Of a stretch of DNA of 64,000 nucleotides, positions 50,232-63,229 are shown piece by piece. The translations under genes and the position numbers were made by a program. Position 1 is the first letter of the stretch; each line of letters begins with the position of its first letter. This DNA is from Octopus vulgaris. Taxonomy: Eukaryota. The stretch lies in contig OX597824.1 of NCBI GenBank assembly GCA_951406725.2, positions 21,266,001 through 21,330,000 of the forward strand. Direction: 5' to 3'. The notes under the pieces are model-generated. The model was not told the DNA's origin, did not search any database, and saw nothing but the letters and a program-made list of their open reading frames with translations.

Positions 50232-50362
50232 TCTTTCTGTAGAAGAGCATAGACTCGAAACATGAAAGACTTTTTCTATTCCTGAGCGCTATACTAATAC
50301 ATCTGTTTGTTTTGTACACCACCTGTCTTCGTCTTTTGTTTATTTTCGTAAACTTTCCCTTT
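50232..50362 (+). mobile_element. Penelope-like remnant with a decayed minimal hammerhead motif (50232-50269)
   Basis: TCTTT-CTGTAGA-A-GAGC-ATAG-ACTC-GAAAC-ATG-AAAGA, then CCTGAGCG as in the 30335 family. Embedded in TA/TG repeats. Confidence 0.55.
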
Positions 50363-50992
50363 ATATATATATATATATATGTGTATGTGTGTGTGTGTAT
50401 GTGTGTGTATATGTATGTATATGTGTGTATATATGTGTATGTACATGTGTGTATGTGTATATGTATATGTGTGTATATGTGTGTCTGTATGTGTCTGTAT
50501 GTGTATGTATGTATGTGTGTATATGTGTGTATGTATGTGTATATGTATGTATATGAGTGTATGTGTGTATATAAGTGTGTATGTATATGTATATATATAT
50601 GTATATGTGTGTGTGTGTGTATATGAATGTATGTGTGTATGTATGTGTATGTACATGTGTGTATGTGTGTGTATATGTATATGTATATGTGTGTATATGT
50701 GTGTCTGTATGTATGTGTATGTATGTATGTGTGTATGTGTGTGTATGTATCTGTATATGTATGTATATATGTATGTATATGTGTGTATGTATGTGTATGT
50801 ACATGTGTATGTATGTGTATATGTATGTATATATATGTGTATGTGTGTGTGTATGCGTGTGTGTATGTGTGTGTATATGTATGTATATGTGTGTATGTAT
50901 GTGTATATGTATATGTGTATGTATGTATACGTGTGTATGTATGTGTATATGTATGTGTATATGTATGTGTGTGTATGTGTGTGTGTGTGTAT

Positions 50993-51051
<59 letters not shown>

Positions 51052-51502
51052 GAATCTAAGACCATGTCCTTTCCATTTTGTTGAAGTGTTCTCATTTGTT
51101 TGCTCATCAGTTTGTAACTCTAACAGATCAGGTGAGAAAACACTTCTGCCAGAATATAATAAGCAAGAAAATGCCAAATTAGTTTCAGTTAAATGGCAAT
51201 ATTTGGAAAGAAGCGTGAGCAGAAGAAGAATTTTAATTTTTACTGCTCCCCTAGCAAGAAGTATTTCTTCCATTATGAGACAAAAATCAGTGTTGTTCAT
51301 AGAATCGACAGTTTCAATAGAAAGACTCCCCAGAAACTGTGCGATAATTGTGAAGATCAGGTGTTTAATTGAGATAACCTGTAGCTTGGCAACCCAGCAG
51401 CAACTATCAACTGTATACATACATAAATACATACATACATACATAAATACATATATACATATATACATACATACATAAATACATACATACACACACAATA
51501 CA

Positions 51503-51536
<34 letters not shown>

Positions 51537-51917
51537 CATACATACATAAATACATACATACACACACAATACATACATACATACATACATACATACGTAC
51601 ACACACATACATACATGCAGACATACATACATAGATACATACATACACATACATACATACATACATACATACATACATACATGTATACATACATACATAC
51701 ACACACAATACATACATGCATAAATACATACATACATACATACATACATACACATACATAGGCACATACACACATACATATATACACACACACATACATA
51801 CATACATACATAGGCACATACACACATATATACACACACACATACATACATACATAGGCACATACACACATACATATATACACACACACATACATACACA
51901 CACACGCACGCACGTGT

Positions 51918-51976
<59 letters not shown>

Positions 51977-51977
51977 T
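50363..51977. repeat. Two long (TG/TATG)n and (CA/CATA)n blocks (50363-51048; 51414-51977) around a 365-bp unique island
   Basis: Direct inspection. Confidence 0.95.
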
Positions 51978-52304
51978 GGAAGACTCAGTGTGAAGGGTAC
52001 TTCAAATTGGTTTTGTATATGAAGAGACAAAAGTTGTTTCTCAATTATTAAATCTGTTATTTCTTTCTTGTTGGTTCGTAAAATAACGCAGCAGCCATGC
52101 AGTTAAAATAATGGTACGCTTCACCTAGTGAAGCTTTTCGGATTTTCGGATTTGCTTTAAAAAGAGAAAGATTATAAAAGCAAAAGTCTCAGAGTATTCT
52201 TGATCCTTATTTGAAATGAGCCAAATGTAATTTTTTTTGGTTAGTACTTGCAGGAAACACAACGACTAGAAAACTTTCAAATTTGGTATTTACGGTCTTT
52301 ATTA

Positions 52305-52663
52305 TGGAGGCACATGGCCGAGTGGTTAGAGTTAGAGCAGCAGACTCATGGTAGAGGGATCGTGGGTTCGAATCTCAGACCAGGCGATGTGTGTGTTTAT
52401 GAGTGATGATATGTTGTCCATATAAGGCCGGCGAGCTGGCAGAAATGTTAGCACGCTGGGCGAAATGCTTAGCAGTATTTCGTCTGCCGCTACGTTCTGA
52501 GTTCAAATTCCGCCGAGGTCGACATTGCCTTTCATCCTTTCAGGGTCAATAAATTAAGTACTAGTTACGCACTGGGGTCGATATAATCAACTTAATACAT
52601 TTGTCTGTCCTTGTTTGACCTCTCTGTGTTTAGCCCCTTGTGGGTAATAAAGAAATAGGTATG
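52305..52663 (+). mobile_element. Family R head (52305-52403) and family M monomer (52426-52663)
   Basis: Homology to other copies. Confidence 0.88.
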
Positions 52664-53115
52664 TTGTTCACGTCCATTGAAGTCACCAGCCACAAAGAAA
52701 AGGTCCCTGTCATTCATCAATGCAGTAGTCTGCAAGAGGGTGTCATAGAATCGGTCCTTCTGTCCATCGGATAGCCCTGGCTGAGGGGCATAGGCCGAGA
52801 TAATGGTTGCTAACCCATGATGGAGCACTAATCTAATCTTAAGTATTCTGTCGCATACTCTGACTACCTCAATTACCTTATCTACCCATTTCTCTGCAAG
52901 AAGTATACCCACATCCCCAACGCCGTCAGTGTTCCCTGCCCAGAAAATCTTGTACCTGTGTTCTTTGCCTGTGAGGAACTTAGCAGAACCTCTTCTCCAC
53001 CTTACTTCTTGGATGCAGCATATATCGACACATCTCTGTTCAAGCATCTCAGCAATCTCACCTGACCTACCTTTCAGTGTGCTGACGTTGAGAGTGCCAA
53101 CGCTGAGGGTGTGAG
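52664..53115 (-). mobile_element. RTE-clade LINE apurinic-like endonuclease fragment
   Basis: Stop-free VGTLNV..DICCIQEVRW..GVGDVGILL..DRIL..IISAYAPQ..KDRFY..VAGDFNG. Confidence 0.92.
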
Positions 53116-53281
53116 GTGCAGACATGACTGTGTGGTATGAAGCTTGCTTCCCAACCACATGGTTCTGGGCTCAGTCTCACCATGTGGCACCTAGGGCAAA
53201 TGTCTTCTACTATAGCTTCAGGCTGACCAAAGCCTTGTGAGTGGATTTGGTAGACGGAAACTGAAAGAAGCCCATTGTATG

Positions 53282-53326
<45 letters not shown>

Positions 53327-53662
53327 AATCCAAACATGAAAACACAAAGAGAAAACACAACAACGCGAGGACGTGGAACAAATATAGTATTATTGGACGC
53401 TCAGGAAAGAAGGAGGGTTTAACGTTTCGAGTGGAGCTCTTCGTCGGAAACATAGAAGGAAAGATCCAGAGAAGGGAAGATGGAGGAAAAAAAATCGCCA
53501 ACGGTACTTGTCCCTCCACCATTGTTTGACAACTGACATTGGTGTGTTTATGTCCCCATAACTTAGTGGTTTGGCAAAAGAGACTAAAAGAATAAGTACT
53601 AGGTTTCCAAAGAATAAATCTTGGGGTCAGTTTGTTTGACTAAAGGTGGTGCTCCAGCATGG
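53115..53662 (+). mobile_element. Family A SINE split at its (TA)n by a Penelope-like remnant
   Basis: 5' half 53115-53280, 3' half 53508-53662. Confidence 0.85.
53322..53505 (-). mobile_element. Penelope-like remnant with a minimal hammerhead-like motif (53417-53451)
   Basis: GTTT-CCGACGA-A-GAGC-TCC-ACTC-GAAAC-GT-T-AAAC. Confidence 0.65.
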
Positions 53663-54053
53663 TAATAAGAAAAAAAAAATATGTACTTTAAAAATAGCTG
53701 TTTTGTATTAAAGAAACAGCACTTCACTTAGATGGGTTGGCATTTAAAAGAGTAAAAATTTCTCTGAAATATGGCAATAATTCTTGGGAAAATAGGACGT
53801 TACAGATGAATGATGAAAATGCCAAATATGACAACAACAAACAAACAAAAAAAAAAAAGAAAAAATGTCTGGCAAACTACTTAAGAGTCTAAATTTATAT
53901 GGTTCTGACTATGTGTACATATTTATTCATAAGTCACACTGCATTATTATTCTAGTAATTAATGGTGAACTGTCAATCTTGTATCGTTATGCAAATGAGT
54001 GGTGCATGGTACAGTCTAGTTTAACCACCACCACCACCACCACCACCACCACC

Positions 54054-54084
<31 letters not shown>

Positions 54085-54231
54085 ATACCCTACTAGCACA
54101 GTATCTATATCTATATATGTACGTACATATGTGTGTGCGTATGTATGTGCATGTGTGTGTATATATTACTTTCCTTGTATGCATGTATTTATACATGCAC
54201 ACATACACACACATGTATATATATCTATATC

Positions 54232-54262
<31 letters not shown>

Positions 54263-54844
54263 GTGTATCCATTATTTGTGGATTTTTGGATGGAGACTGT
54301 TTTACCACCATCCTATATTGTATCCTATTCTACATGCTGTCTCCCTACGCATCTACATGTCAGTATGCAGTCTACGTCCTTTAAAAGAACTTTATACTGC
54401 AGGATAATAAAAACAAGTCAGATACTGTGGAATAATGATTTATTGTGGAATAACATGAAATAATGATTTATTATTAATGACATACAAAACCGATGCAAAC
54501 AATTTGCATTTAAATAGTTCTACATCCATAGAGTATGGATGCTCTGTAGACCCCACGTTAAAGAAGCTCCCTGGTGTTCGACTTAGGGAAGGGAAGCTTG
54601 TTGTACTTCCAGGTAACCAAAATAAGAGTCTGGACTAATGATTCTGTCAGCTGAACACAGACTTTAACTCAAGCATCTGTTAGGTCAGGTTTTACCGCAG
54701 TAAAAGGAACAGAAACCACAGCATGTGTTTAGTGACAAAACAACAGTCCTAACAGATCAATACCATGGTGCTTGCATACTTTTCTTCGTCAGTGTGTCAC
54801 TGAGACACAAAAACATACACAAATACACACACACGCACATAGAT

Positions 54845-55305
54845 ATGAAGGATTACTGAAATGTTCCTGGCTTTAAGGGTGTTGCAAAGGTGGCGAGCTG
54901 GCAGAAACGTTAGCATGCTGGGCGAAATGCGTAGCCGTATTTCGTCTGCCGTTATGTTTTGAGTTCAAATTCCGCCGAGGTCGACTTTGCCTTTCATCCT
55001 TTTGGAGTTGATTAAATAAGTACCAGTTACGCACTGGGGTCGATATAATTAACTTAATCCCTTTGTCTGTCCTTGTTTGTCCTCTTTGTGTTTAGCCCCT
55101 TGTGGGTAGTAAAGAAATAGGTATTGACAAAAGGCCTGGATGGAGGCCTGACCTTCTGAGTTCATTTACAGGGATTAGAAAAAAAACCGAAGGGCCACTG
55201 CAATAAGTGTGTGAATCTGCAAGGGGGAATACGTTGAATAAAATCATAATTAACTGATCCTCCTGTATTTCCTTTTACCCAAAGACATGAACTTTTCAAC
55301 CCCAC
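54845..55305 (+). mobile_element. mariner deletion derivative interrupted by family M (54887-55125)
   Basis: C-terminal CNKCVNLQG/EYVE*; degenerate TIRs CTGAAATGTTCCTGGCTTT / AAAGACATGAACTTTTCAAC. Confidence 0.65.
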
Positions 55306-55327
55306 AGACACACACACACACATACAT

Positions 55328-55398
<71 letters not shown>

Positions 55399-55399
55399 T

Positions 55400-55546
55400 A
55401 CGACGGGCTTCTTTCAGTTTCCGTCTACCGAATCCACTCACAAGGCTTTGGTCGGCCCGAGGCTATAGTAGAAGACACTTGCCCAAGGTGCCACGCAGTG
55501 GGACTGAACCCGGAACCATGTGGTTGGTAAACAAGCTACTTACCAC
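55400..55546 (-). mobile_element. Family A 5' half next to (TA)n
   Basis: Low-divergence match. Confidence 0.9.
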
Positions 55547-56435
55547 AAACAAATGCTCAGAAAATGGCTTTGGTTGTGTTCTATGTCCATGACCGAGATA
55601 TTTAATATTCCATAATTCTCTCCACTCGTTTTACCTCATTGAGAAAAAGGAACTTGCATACAAAATGTAAGTGTAATAACTCTATGAAGACATTTTTGAT
55701 TGGCTACAGTTCGTTTATTACTCCTCCAAGAGTGTATATGACAGCTGGGTGTTACAATACCAGATATTGGGTTCTGACTCAGAGGTCAGGCGTTCAAACC
55801 GTATTTAATTAGCATTTCACTGTTCTCTTAAGCAAGTCACATTTCTTATTTTGGTCAAGCTAGATAAATTAATGGTACGAGACGAACCAATGAGACTACT
55901 GAATCATCCAGGATGTAAATGGATGGAAGAAGTTTGAAGCAGCTGCTGTTCTTTCTTAACTAATAATAACGGCAAAAGAGAGAGAGAGAGAGAGGGTGAG
56001 ATGGTCTTTATTATCAAATGGCATGGAGAATACATTAGTTATTGATTTATGAAATATACCATTGAAAGCAGAAGGCCTATTACAGCCAAAGTAGAAAAAA
56101 GTGATGTCTATGATTCATTACAATGTGACTTTATGAGAACGATTGAGAAGAAGCGAGATAAGAAAGCAAATGTGATTTTCAGGGCATTTTATTTTCTGGA
56201 TATGTTGTGAGGTGACAGACTTCATTTGCAGGTTTGACTCGTGCGTGCAATCAATGAGTTATGACATGTTTAATATCGACTAACATGCTGTGGTGTTGTC
56301 GTAGGTGAACTCTGGATTAGTGAGTGGTGAGCAGAAGAAAGCATTTTGTGTTGAAGAACTAGAACTTCAGTAGATATAACCAAAAAAAAAAAAAAATATG
56401 GGGGAATTTTCTTGAAAGATGATCAAATGTATAGT

Positions 56436-57125
56436 TGCAGGTGAGGCTGTGTGGTAAGAAGTTTGCTTCCCAACCACATGGTTCTGGGTTCAGTCCCACT
56501 GCATGACACCTTGGGCAAGTGTCTTCTATAGCCTTGGGTCAACCAAAGCCTTGTTTATGGATTTGGTAGACGGAAACTGAAAGAAGCCTGTTTTGTTTGT
56601 GTGTGTATGATGGTGATATGATGGCGAGCTAGCAGAAATGTTAGCATGCCGGGCGAAATGCTTAGTGGTAATTCATCTGATTTTCCACCAAGGTCGACTT
56701 TGCTTTTCATCCTTTTGGGGGTCGATAAATTAAGTATCAGTTGCGTACTGGGGTTGATCTAATCGTCTGCACCCCCCCCCCAAAAAAAATTTCGGGCTTT
56801 GTGCCTAGAATAAAAAAGGATATATATCTATATCATCATCATCATTCAATGTCTGCTTTTCTTTTGGCATGAGTATATACACGCGTGTGTCTTTGTATTT
56901 GTGTTGCGTTTGTTCCTCACTACTGCCTGACAACTGGTGTTGGTTCAGTTATGTTCCTCTGACTTAGCAGTTTGACAAAGGAGACGGATAAAACAAGTAC
57001 CTGAATTTAAAAAAAAAAAATTATAAGTTGTGGAGTCAATTTGTTCGACTAAACCCTTTGAAGGTGGTACTCCAGCATGGCCACAGACCAATGCCTGAAA
57101 CAAGCAAAAGATCAAAGATAAAAGG
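56436..57125 (+). mobile_element. Family A split by family M (56622-56820)
   Basis: Both halves recognisable. Confidence 0.8.
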
Positions 57126-57516
57126 CAGGATAGACAGAAGAATAAAAAAAAGCAAAAAAAAAAAAAGCAAGACAGTTTATCAATTTAAGCTGCTATTAAA
57201 AATTGAACATTAAAATGTCCAAGGATGATAATTTGAGGCGTTAGCATTTTAAGTGTGTTTAGTAATGAAGACTTTTAAGTATTTTGTTTCCAATGATATT
57301 TTTGGGAAAAAAAAAAAAATCAATTTATATTTTGATTATTAATTCAAGAATTTGATATTGGTCTTGTAACTGTTTACTTAAAATAGCATCTATCCAATTT
57401 GTGTTTAATGAAAAATTAAAATTTAAGATTAGTGTTTTTTTTTTTAAGTTCTATTTCATGTTTGTTTTTTCAATTTAACTAAGGATTAATATGAGTAGGA
57501 ATAACAAAAAAGAAAA

Positions 57517-57624
57517 AATCTCCTCATTGAAACTTTTCCAAGACTGGTTTTATTGTTAAATTTGCGAGTCAATCTCCTCATTGAAACTTTTCCAAGACTG
57601 GTTTTATTGTTAAATTTGCGAGTC
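57517..57624. repeat. Perfect 54-bp tandem duplication
   Basis: AATCTCCTCATTGAAACTTTTCCAAGACTGGTTTTATTGTTAAATTTGCGAGTC x2. Confidence 0.95.
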
Positions 57625-57634
57625 AACTTGAAAT

Positions 57635-57801
57635 GGCATAGGAGTGGCTGTGTGGTAAATAGCTTGCTTACCAACCACATGGTTCCGGGTTCAGTCCCAC
57701 TGCGGGGCACCTTGGGCAAGTGTCTTCTACTATAGCATCGGGCCGACCAAAGCCTTGTGAGTGGATTTGGTAGACGGAAACTGAAAGAAGCCCGTCGTAT
57801 G

Positions 57802-57846
<45 letters not shown>

Positions 57847-58411
57847 TCATCATCATCTTCGTTTAGCGTCCGCTTTCCATGCTAGCATGGGTTGGACGGT
57901 TCAACTGGGGTCTGGGAAGCCAGAAGGCTGCACCAGGCCCAGTCTGATCTGGCAATGTTTCTATGGCTGGATGCCCTTCCTAACGCCAACCACTCCATGA
58001 GTGTAGTGGGTGCTTTTTATGTGCCACCGGCTGGTGCCAAATGAGGCTGGCAAACGGCCATGATTGGATGGTGCTTTTACGTGCCACCGGCACTACCAAT
58101 AAATTCAAAAAAAATATAGGTTAGTAATGAAGAAATATAGGTTAGTAATGAAAGAAGTATGAAAGAAGTATATATATATGTGTGTGTGTGCGTGTATGTT
58201 TGTGTGTCTGTATTTGTCCCCCTAGCATTGGTTGACAACCGATGCTGGTGTGTTTATGTCCCCGTAACTTAGCGGTTCAGCAGAAGAGACCGATAGAATA
58301 AGTACTGGGCTTACAAAGAATAAGTCCCGGGTCGAGTTGCTCGATTAAAGGCGGTGCTCCAGCATGGCCGCAGTCAAATGACTGAAACAAGTAAAAGAGT
58401 AAAAGAGAGTA
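57635..58411 (+). mobile_element. Family A split at its (TA)n by family G (-, 57845-58095)
   Basis: 5' half 57635-57800; 3' half 58175-58411. Confidence 0.88.
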
Positions 58412-58545
58412 AAGGGTGCCACCACGATGATGTGGTTCTGTACAGTTTATTTTGTCATAATGAAGGTGTTTGACCAAAGTGAACCATTGGCTAGGCTCGT
58501 GATCACAGGGTCAAAGATTCAGTTCTCGGACTGGCCAGTTCACTT

Positions 58546-59135
58546 ATTTCTTTATTGCCCACAAGGGGCTAAACATAGAGGGGACAAACAAGGACAGACA
58601 AATGGATTAAGTCGATTATATCGACCCCAGTACATAACTGGTACTTATTTAATTGACCCTGAAAGGATGAAAGGCTAAGTCGACCTCGGCAGAATTTGAA
58701 CTCAGAACGTAGTGACAGAGGAAATACCTATTCCTTTACTACCCACAAGGGGCTAAACACAGAGAGGGCAAACAAGAACAGACAAATGGATTAAGTCGAT
58801 TATATCGACCCCAGTGCATAACTGGTACTTATTTAATTGACCCTGAAAGGATGAAAGGCTAAGTCGACCTCGGCAGAATTTGAACTCAGAACGTAGTGAC
58901 AGAGGAAATACCTATTCCTTTACACCCACAAGGGGCTAAACACAGAGAGGACAAACAAGGACAGACAAATGGATTAAGTCGATTATATCGACCCCAGTGC
59001 ATAACTGGTACTTATTTAATTGACCCTGAAAGGATGAAAGGCTAAGTCGACCTCGGCAGAATTTGAACTCAGAACATAGCGACAGACGAAATACTGCTAA
59101 GTATTTTGCCCGGCGTGCTAACGTTACTGCCAGTT
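58546..59135 (-). mobile_element. SINE family M trimer nested in an older family R SINE
   Basis: Three ~182-bp units sharing the private variant AAGGCTAAGTC. Old R head to the left (~58480) and body to the right (~59138-59205). Confidence 0.88.
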
Positions 59136-59325
59136 CACTGTGTCCTTGAGCAGAACACTTCATTACATGTTGCTCCAGTCTACACAGCTGAAATGAATAC
59201 CAGCTGGTTACTGGGGTGACTCTCCCTCCCTCTGGCCTTTATATCTTGTGTGAACTGCTGAGTCAGGACTAGGAGAGCTGAGAAAGTATCTATGTTAGCT
59301 CATGACTACATAGGCACTTAAAATG

Positions 59326-59630
59326 TGGAGGCACATGGCCTAGTGGTTAGAGCAGCGGACTTGCAGTCGAAGGATCGCGAGTTTGAATCTCAGACCGTGC
59401 GATGTGTGTGTTTATGAGCGAAACGCCTAAACTCCACGCGACTCCGGCAGAAGGTAATGGCGAACTTCTGCTGACTCTTTCGCCACAACTTGTCTCACTC
59501 TTACCTCCTGCATCTTGCAGCTCACCTGCGACGGACCGGCGTCCCGTCCAAGTGGGGAACCTATCCGCCAAAGAAACCGGGAAAACCGGCCCTTGTGAGC
59601 CAGGCATGACTCAAGAACGGACAAACAAAT
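59326..59630 (+). mobile_element. SINE family R, full length
   Basis: TSD TA(A)GGCACTTAAAAT on both sides. Confidence 0.92.
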
Positions 59631-60144
59631 AAGGCACTTAAAATAATGATTGCTGTACCTGAGTTACAATGATTTACCTGGCTATTGATGCTTTATCCAG
59701 GTGTTAATGCTTTAATTAAACAAAAATGAGGAAAGAGAGAGAACTAACTCAGAGTGGCCAGTAGCATTTATTTAAACACCGTAGACAAATACAGGTATAT
59801 CAGATACCATAGACTATTAATTGTGAAGGTAAGTGGCTTAGTGGTTAGGTTGTTGGACTCATGATTATAAGATTGTGGTTTCAATTCCTGGACCGGGTGA
59901 CACGTTGTGTTCTTGAGCAAAACACTTCATTTCACATTGGTCCAGTCCACTCAGCTGGCAAAAATGAGTAACGCTGTGATGGACTGCTGTCCTTTCTTTC
60001 TTCCTTCCTCTCTCCATTAGCCCTTCTCTCTCTCTCTCTCTCTCTCTGAGTTACTTCCCTTTGCGTGATGCAAAAGGTAAGTAGGTAGTAGGTAGGAATG
60101 TACTATTGTATTAATATACAGATATTAATAGTTGCAGCAGCATC

Positions 60145-60178
<34 letters not shown>

Positions 60179-60289
60179 GTAGTAGTAGTAGTAGTAAAGA
60201 CATTTGTTAGTAAAGCTGATAAAATCTTTAAGCTGACATTAAAAAATTTTGGTTTAAATATAGCGACATGCATAGGCATTTATCTATTG

Positions 60290-60880
<591 letters not shown>

Positions 60881-61580
60881 TTTGTGAATTTGAACATATT
60901 TAAATGGATTGAATTGTATGGATTCGCATTACTTTCAAAATACATATTTTGATTAAAAGCTGAAAGAACAAAAAAAATAAAAAATAAGAAGTAACAAACA
61001 CGTTAACAATTACGTATTCTTCAGAGATTAATACTTCTTGGAGTCGTTTGAGTTTATCAGATAAATCACTCCATCTTTCTTGTGTTTCTATATTTATATT
61101 ACATTTTGATCACAATATGCTTTGCATCTTCGAAACCCATTGAAAAGGATGTGTAAGAATATGGAATTGGAAAACTGCGAAAGAAGACGTTGACCTGAGC
61201 CTAACAGGCATGGCTTTGTGGTTAACGAGTTTGCTTTGCAGTCCTGTGGTTTTGGGTTCAATCGCACAGCACGGCACATTTGAGTATGTGTCTTCTACTG
61301 AAGCCATGGGCTGACCAATGTCTTGTGTGTGGATTTAGTAAATAGAAACTGTAAGAAGCCTGTTGTGTTTGTAGTTTATTTAAGCAGGGTGTTGTGGTTT
61401 TATTACTCTGGATCAACTTAAATAAACTACTGTTCTCTATGTTTGTATTGAGTACTACTTTTCTGGACTGTTACCGAACAATAGTACATTTGACACACAC
61501 ACACTCACTCACACACATACACACACACACACATACATACATACATACATACAGACAGACATACACGCACACATACACAC

Positions 61581-61615
<35 letters not shown>

Positions 61616-62442
61616 CATGCAAACATACATACTCACACATATGTACATACATACATATGTACATACATAGATACATACATACATACGTACATACATACAT
61701 ACATACATATGCATATATAATATATGTTCATGTATGCATGTGTATGTATATGTATGTGTGCATTCATGAATTTCCCCCTTAATCTTATGTTCAGCCTGGG
61801 GCTGTTGCAGAGGAGACTTGCCCATGCTACAGCGCCAGTTTCCCAGTTTCATGGCATGTATATTCCTCCCACCCAGACAGGACGCTGGTCCCTTGCAGGA
61901 TTACTCTTTTTAGCTAGATGAGTGGACTAGAGCAACATAAAATGAAGTGTCTTGCTTAAGGACACAATGCATCACCTAATCCATAAATCAAAACCACCAT
62001 CTGTGCCTGGATGATAAAACTAATAATGTGGAAAAATGTCCAAAAATGTAATAATCTTCAAAATAACGAACCAATTAGTAAAATATTCTGGTTGAGGAGA
62101 ACCAAATATGGCATGCTTGGCATAAAATTTCTAGTCATTTTGGCATGTTGTGGCAGAAGCATCATATAGTCTTTGCTGAAAAATGTAAGAAAATTTCATT
62201 AGAATTTGTAAAATTGGGGAGGTTTTAATTTCGATCAACCACCTGATCTGTTAATTTATTTTGCATTTTTGGAGTTTCATATGGTCACATATTTGTTTTT
62301 TGTAGAAATTTTTTTTATTCCTGTTTCTATTTTGTTCCTGTGTTTACTAATTATCTTGGCAGTCTGGAATATATTTAGCTTGTGTTAACTATATCCATTT
62401 TCAATTTTATGTCAGTCTTATGTTCCTTGAATGCTATATATA

Positions 62443-62794
62443 TCTCTATATATATAAAGCTGAAGTTGTCAGTGTATGGCAGGTTTGGTAGCCTTCAACT
62501 AACACTATCTCTTCTGAGACCCTGCAGTGCAAGTTGACCAAAATTGAGAGTATGATAGAGGACCATGTTAACACCAAAAATTATTTGCATCAAAAAGGTG
62601 CTTTTTTTTCTATGAAAATCCCTTTTTTTGTATATTTTTTTGACTGCTGTGTTGCCATTTTTTGGTGTATTTCAACCAGAAAAATGTTCACTTAAAGAGA
62701 ATAACAAGCTACATAATGCGAAAGTTTTACTTTTCAAAAATTCCATTTCTAAAGGGTTGAAACAAACCTGAGCAACGCGGGGCGATACTGCTAG
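62443..62794 (+). mobile_element. Non-autonomous Helitron H6 (H1/H2 family, with a ~40-bp internal deletion)
   Basis: A|TCTCTATATATATAAAGCTGAAGTTGTC..CCTGAGCAACGCGGGG.GATACTGCTAG|T. Confidence 0.88.
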
Positions 62795-62939
62795 TATATA
62801 TATATATATATATATAAATTATGTATGCGACACAGAGTGTCTCTAGTGTGCAATTTGAAATATCTATAGCTTTGTACCTATATTTGATAGAACAAACCTG
62901 CAAAAATGCCAAGAAAGCTTGATGTGTCTTGTGTCTTCT

Positions 62940-63130
62940 GGCCCTCGTCTGGTGGCACGTGAAAAGCACCCACTACACTCTCGGAGTGGTTGGTGTTAGG
63001 AAGGGCATCCAGCTGTAGAAACTCTGCCAGATCAGACTGGAGTCTGGTGCAGCCATCCAGTTCACTAGTCCTCAGTCAAATCGTCCAACCCATGCTAGCA
63101 TGGAAAGCAGACATCAAACGATGATGATGA
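62940..63130 (+). mobile_element. Family G
   Basis: Family motif plus (GAT)n. Confidence 0.85.
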
Positions 63131-63131
63131 T

Positions 63132-63225
<94 letters not shown>

Positions 63226-63229
<4 letters not shown>

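Noticed and set aside
50098-51969. 623-aa ORF and the other long VC/YI/HT/poly-L/poly-S ORFs (10436, 20161-20725, 22008-23288, 35228, 40552, 45938, 60098, 61505)
   Set aside because: They are translations of di-, tri- and tetranucleotide microsatellites that lack stop codons by construction.
52592-53158. Host gene for the 188-aa ORF
   Set aside because: Its start and end derive from antisense SINE sequence, and the middle is a truncated LINE endonuclease lacking its C-terminal motifs.
60050-60082. Micro-exon between (CT)n and AAG|GTAAGT
   Set aside because: The acceptor would be a rare GAG after a microsatellite, and there is no other supporting evidence.
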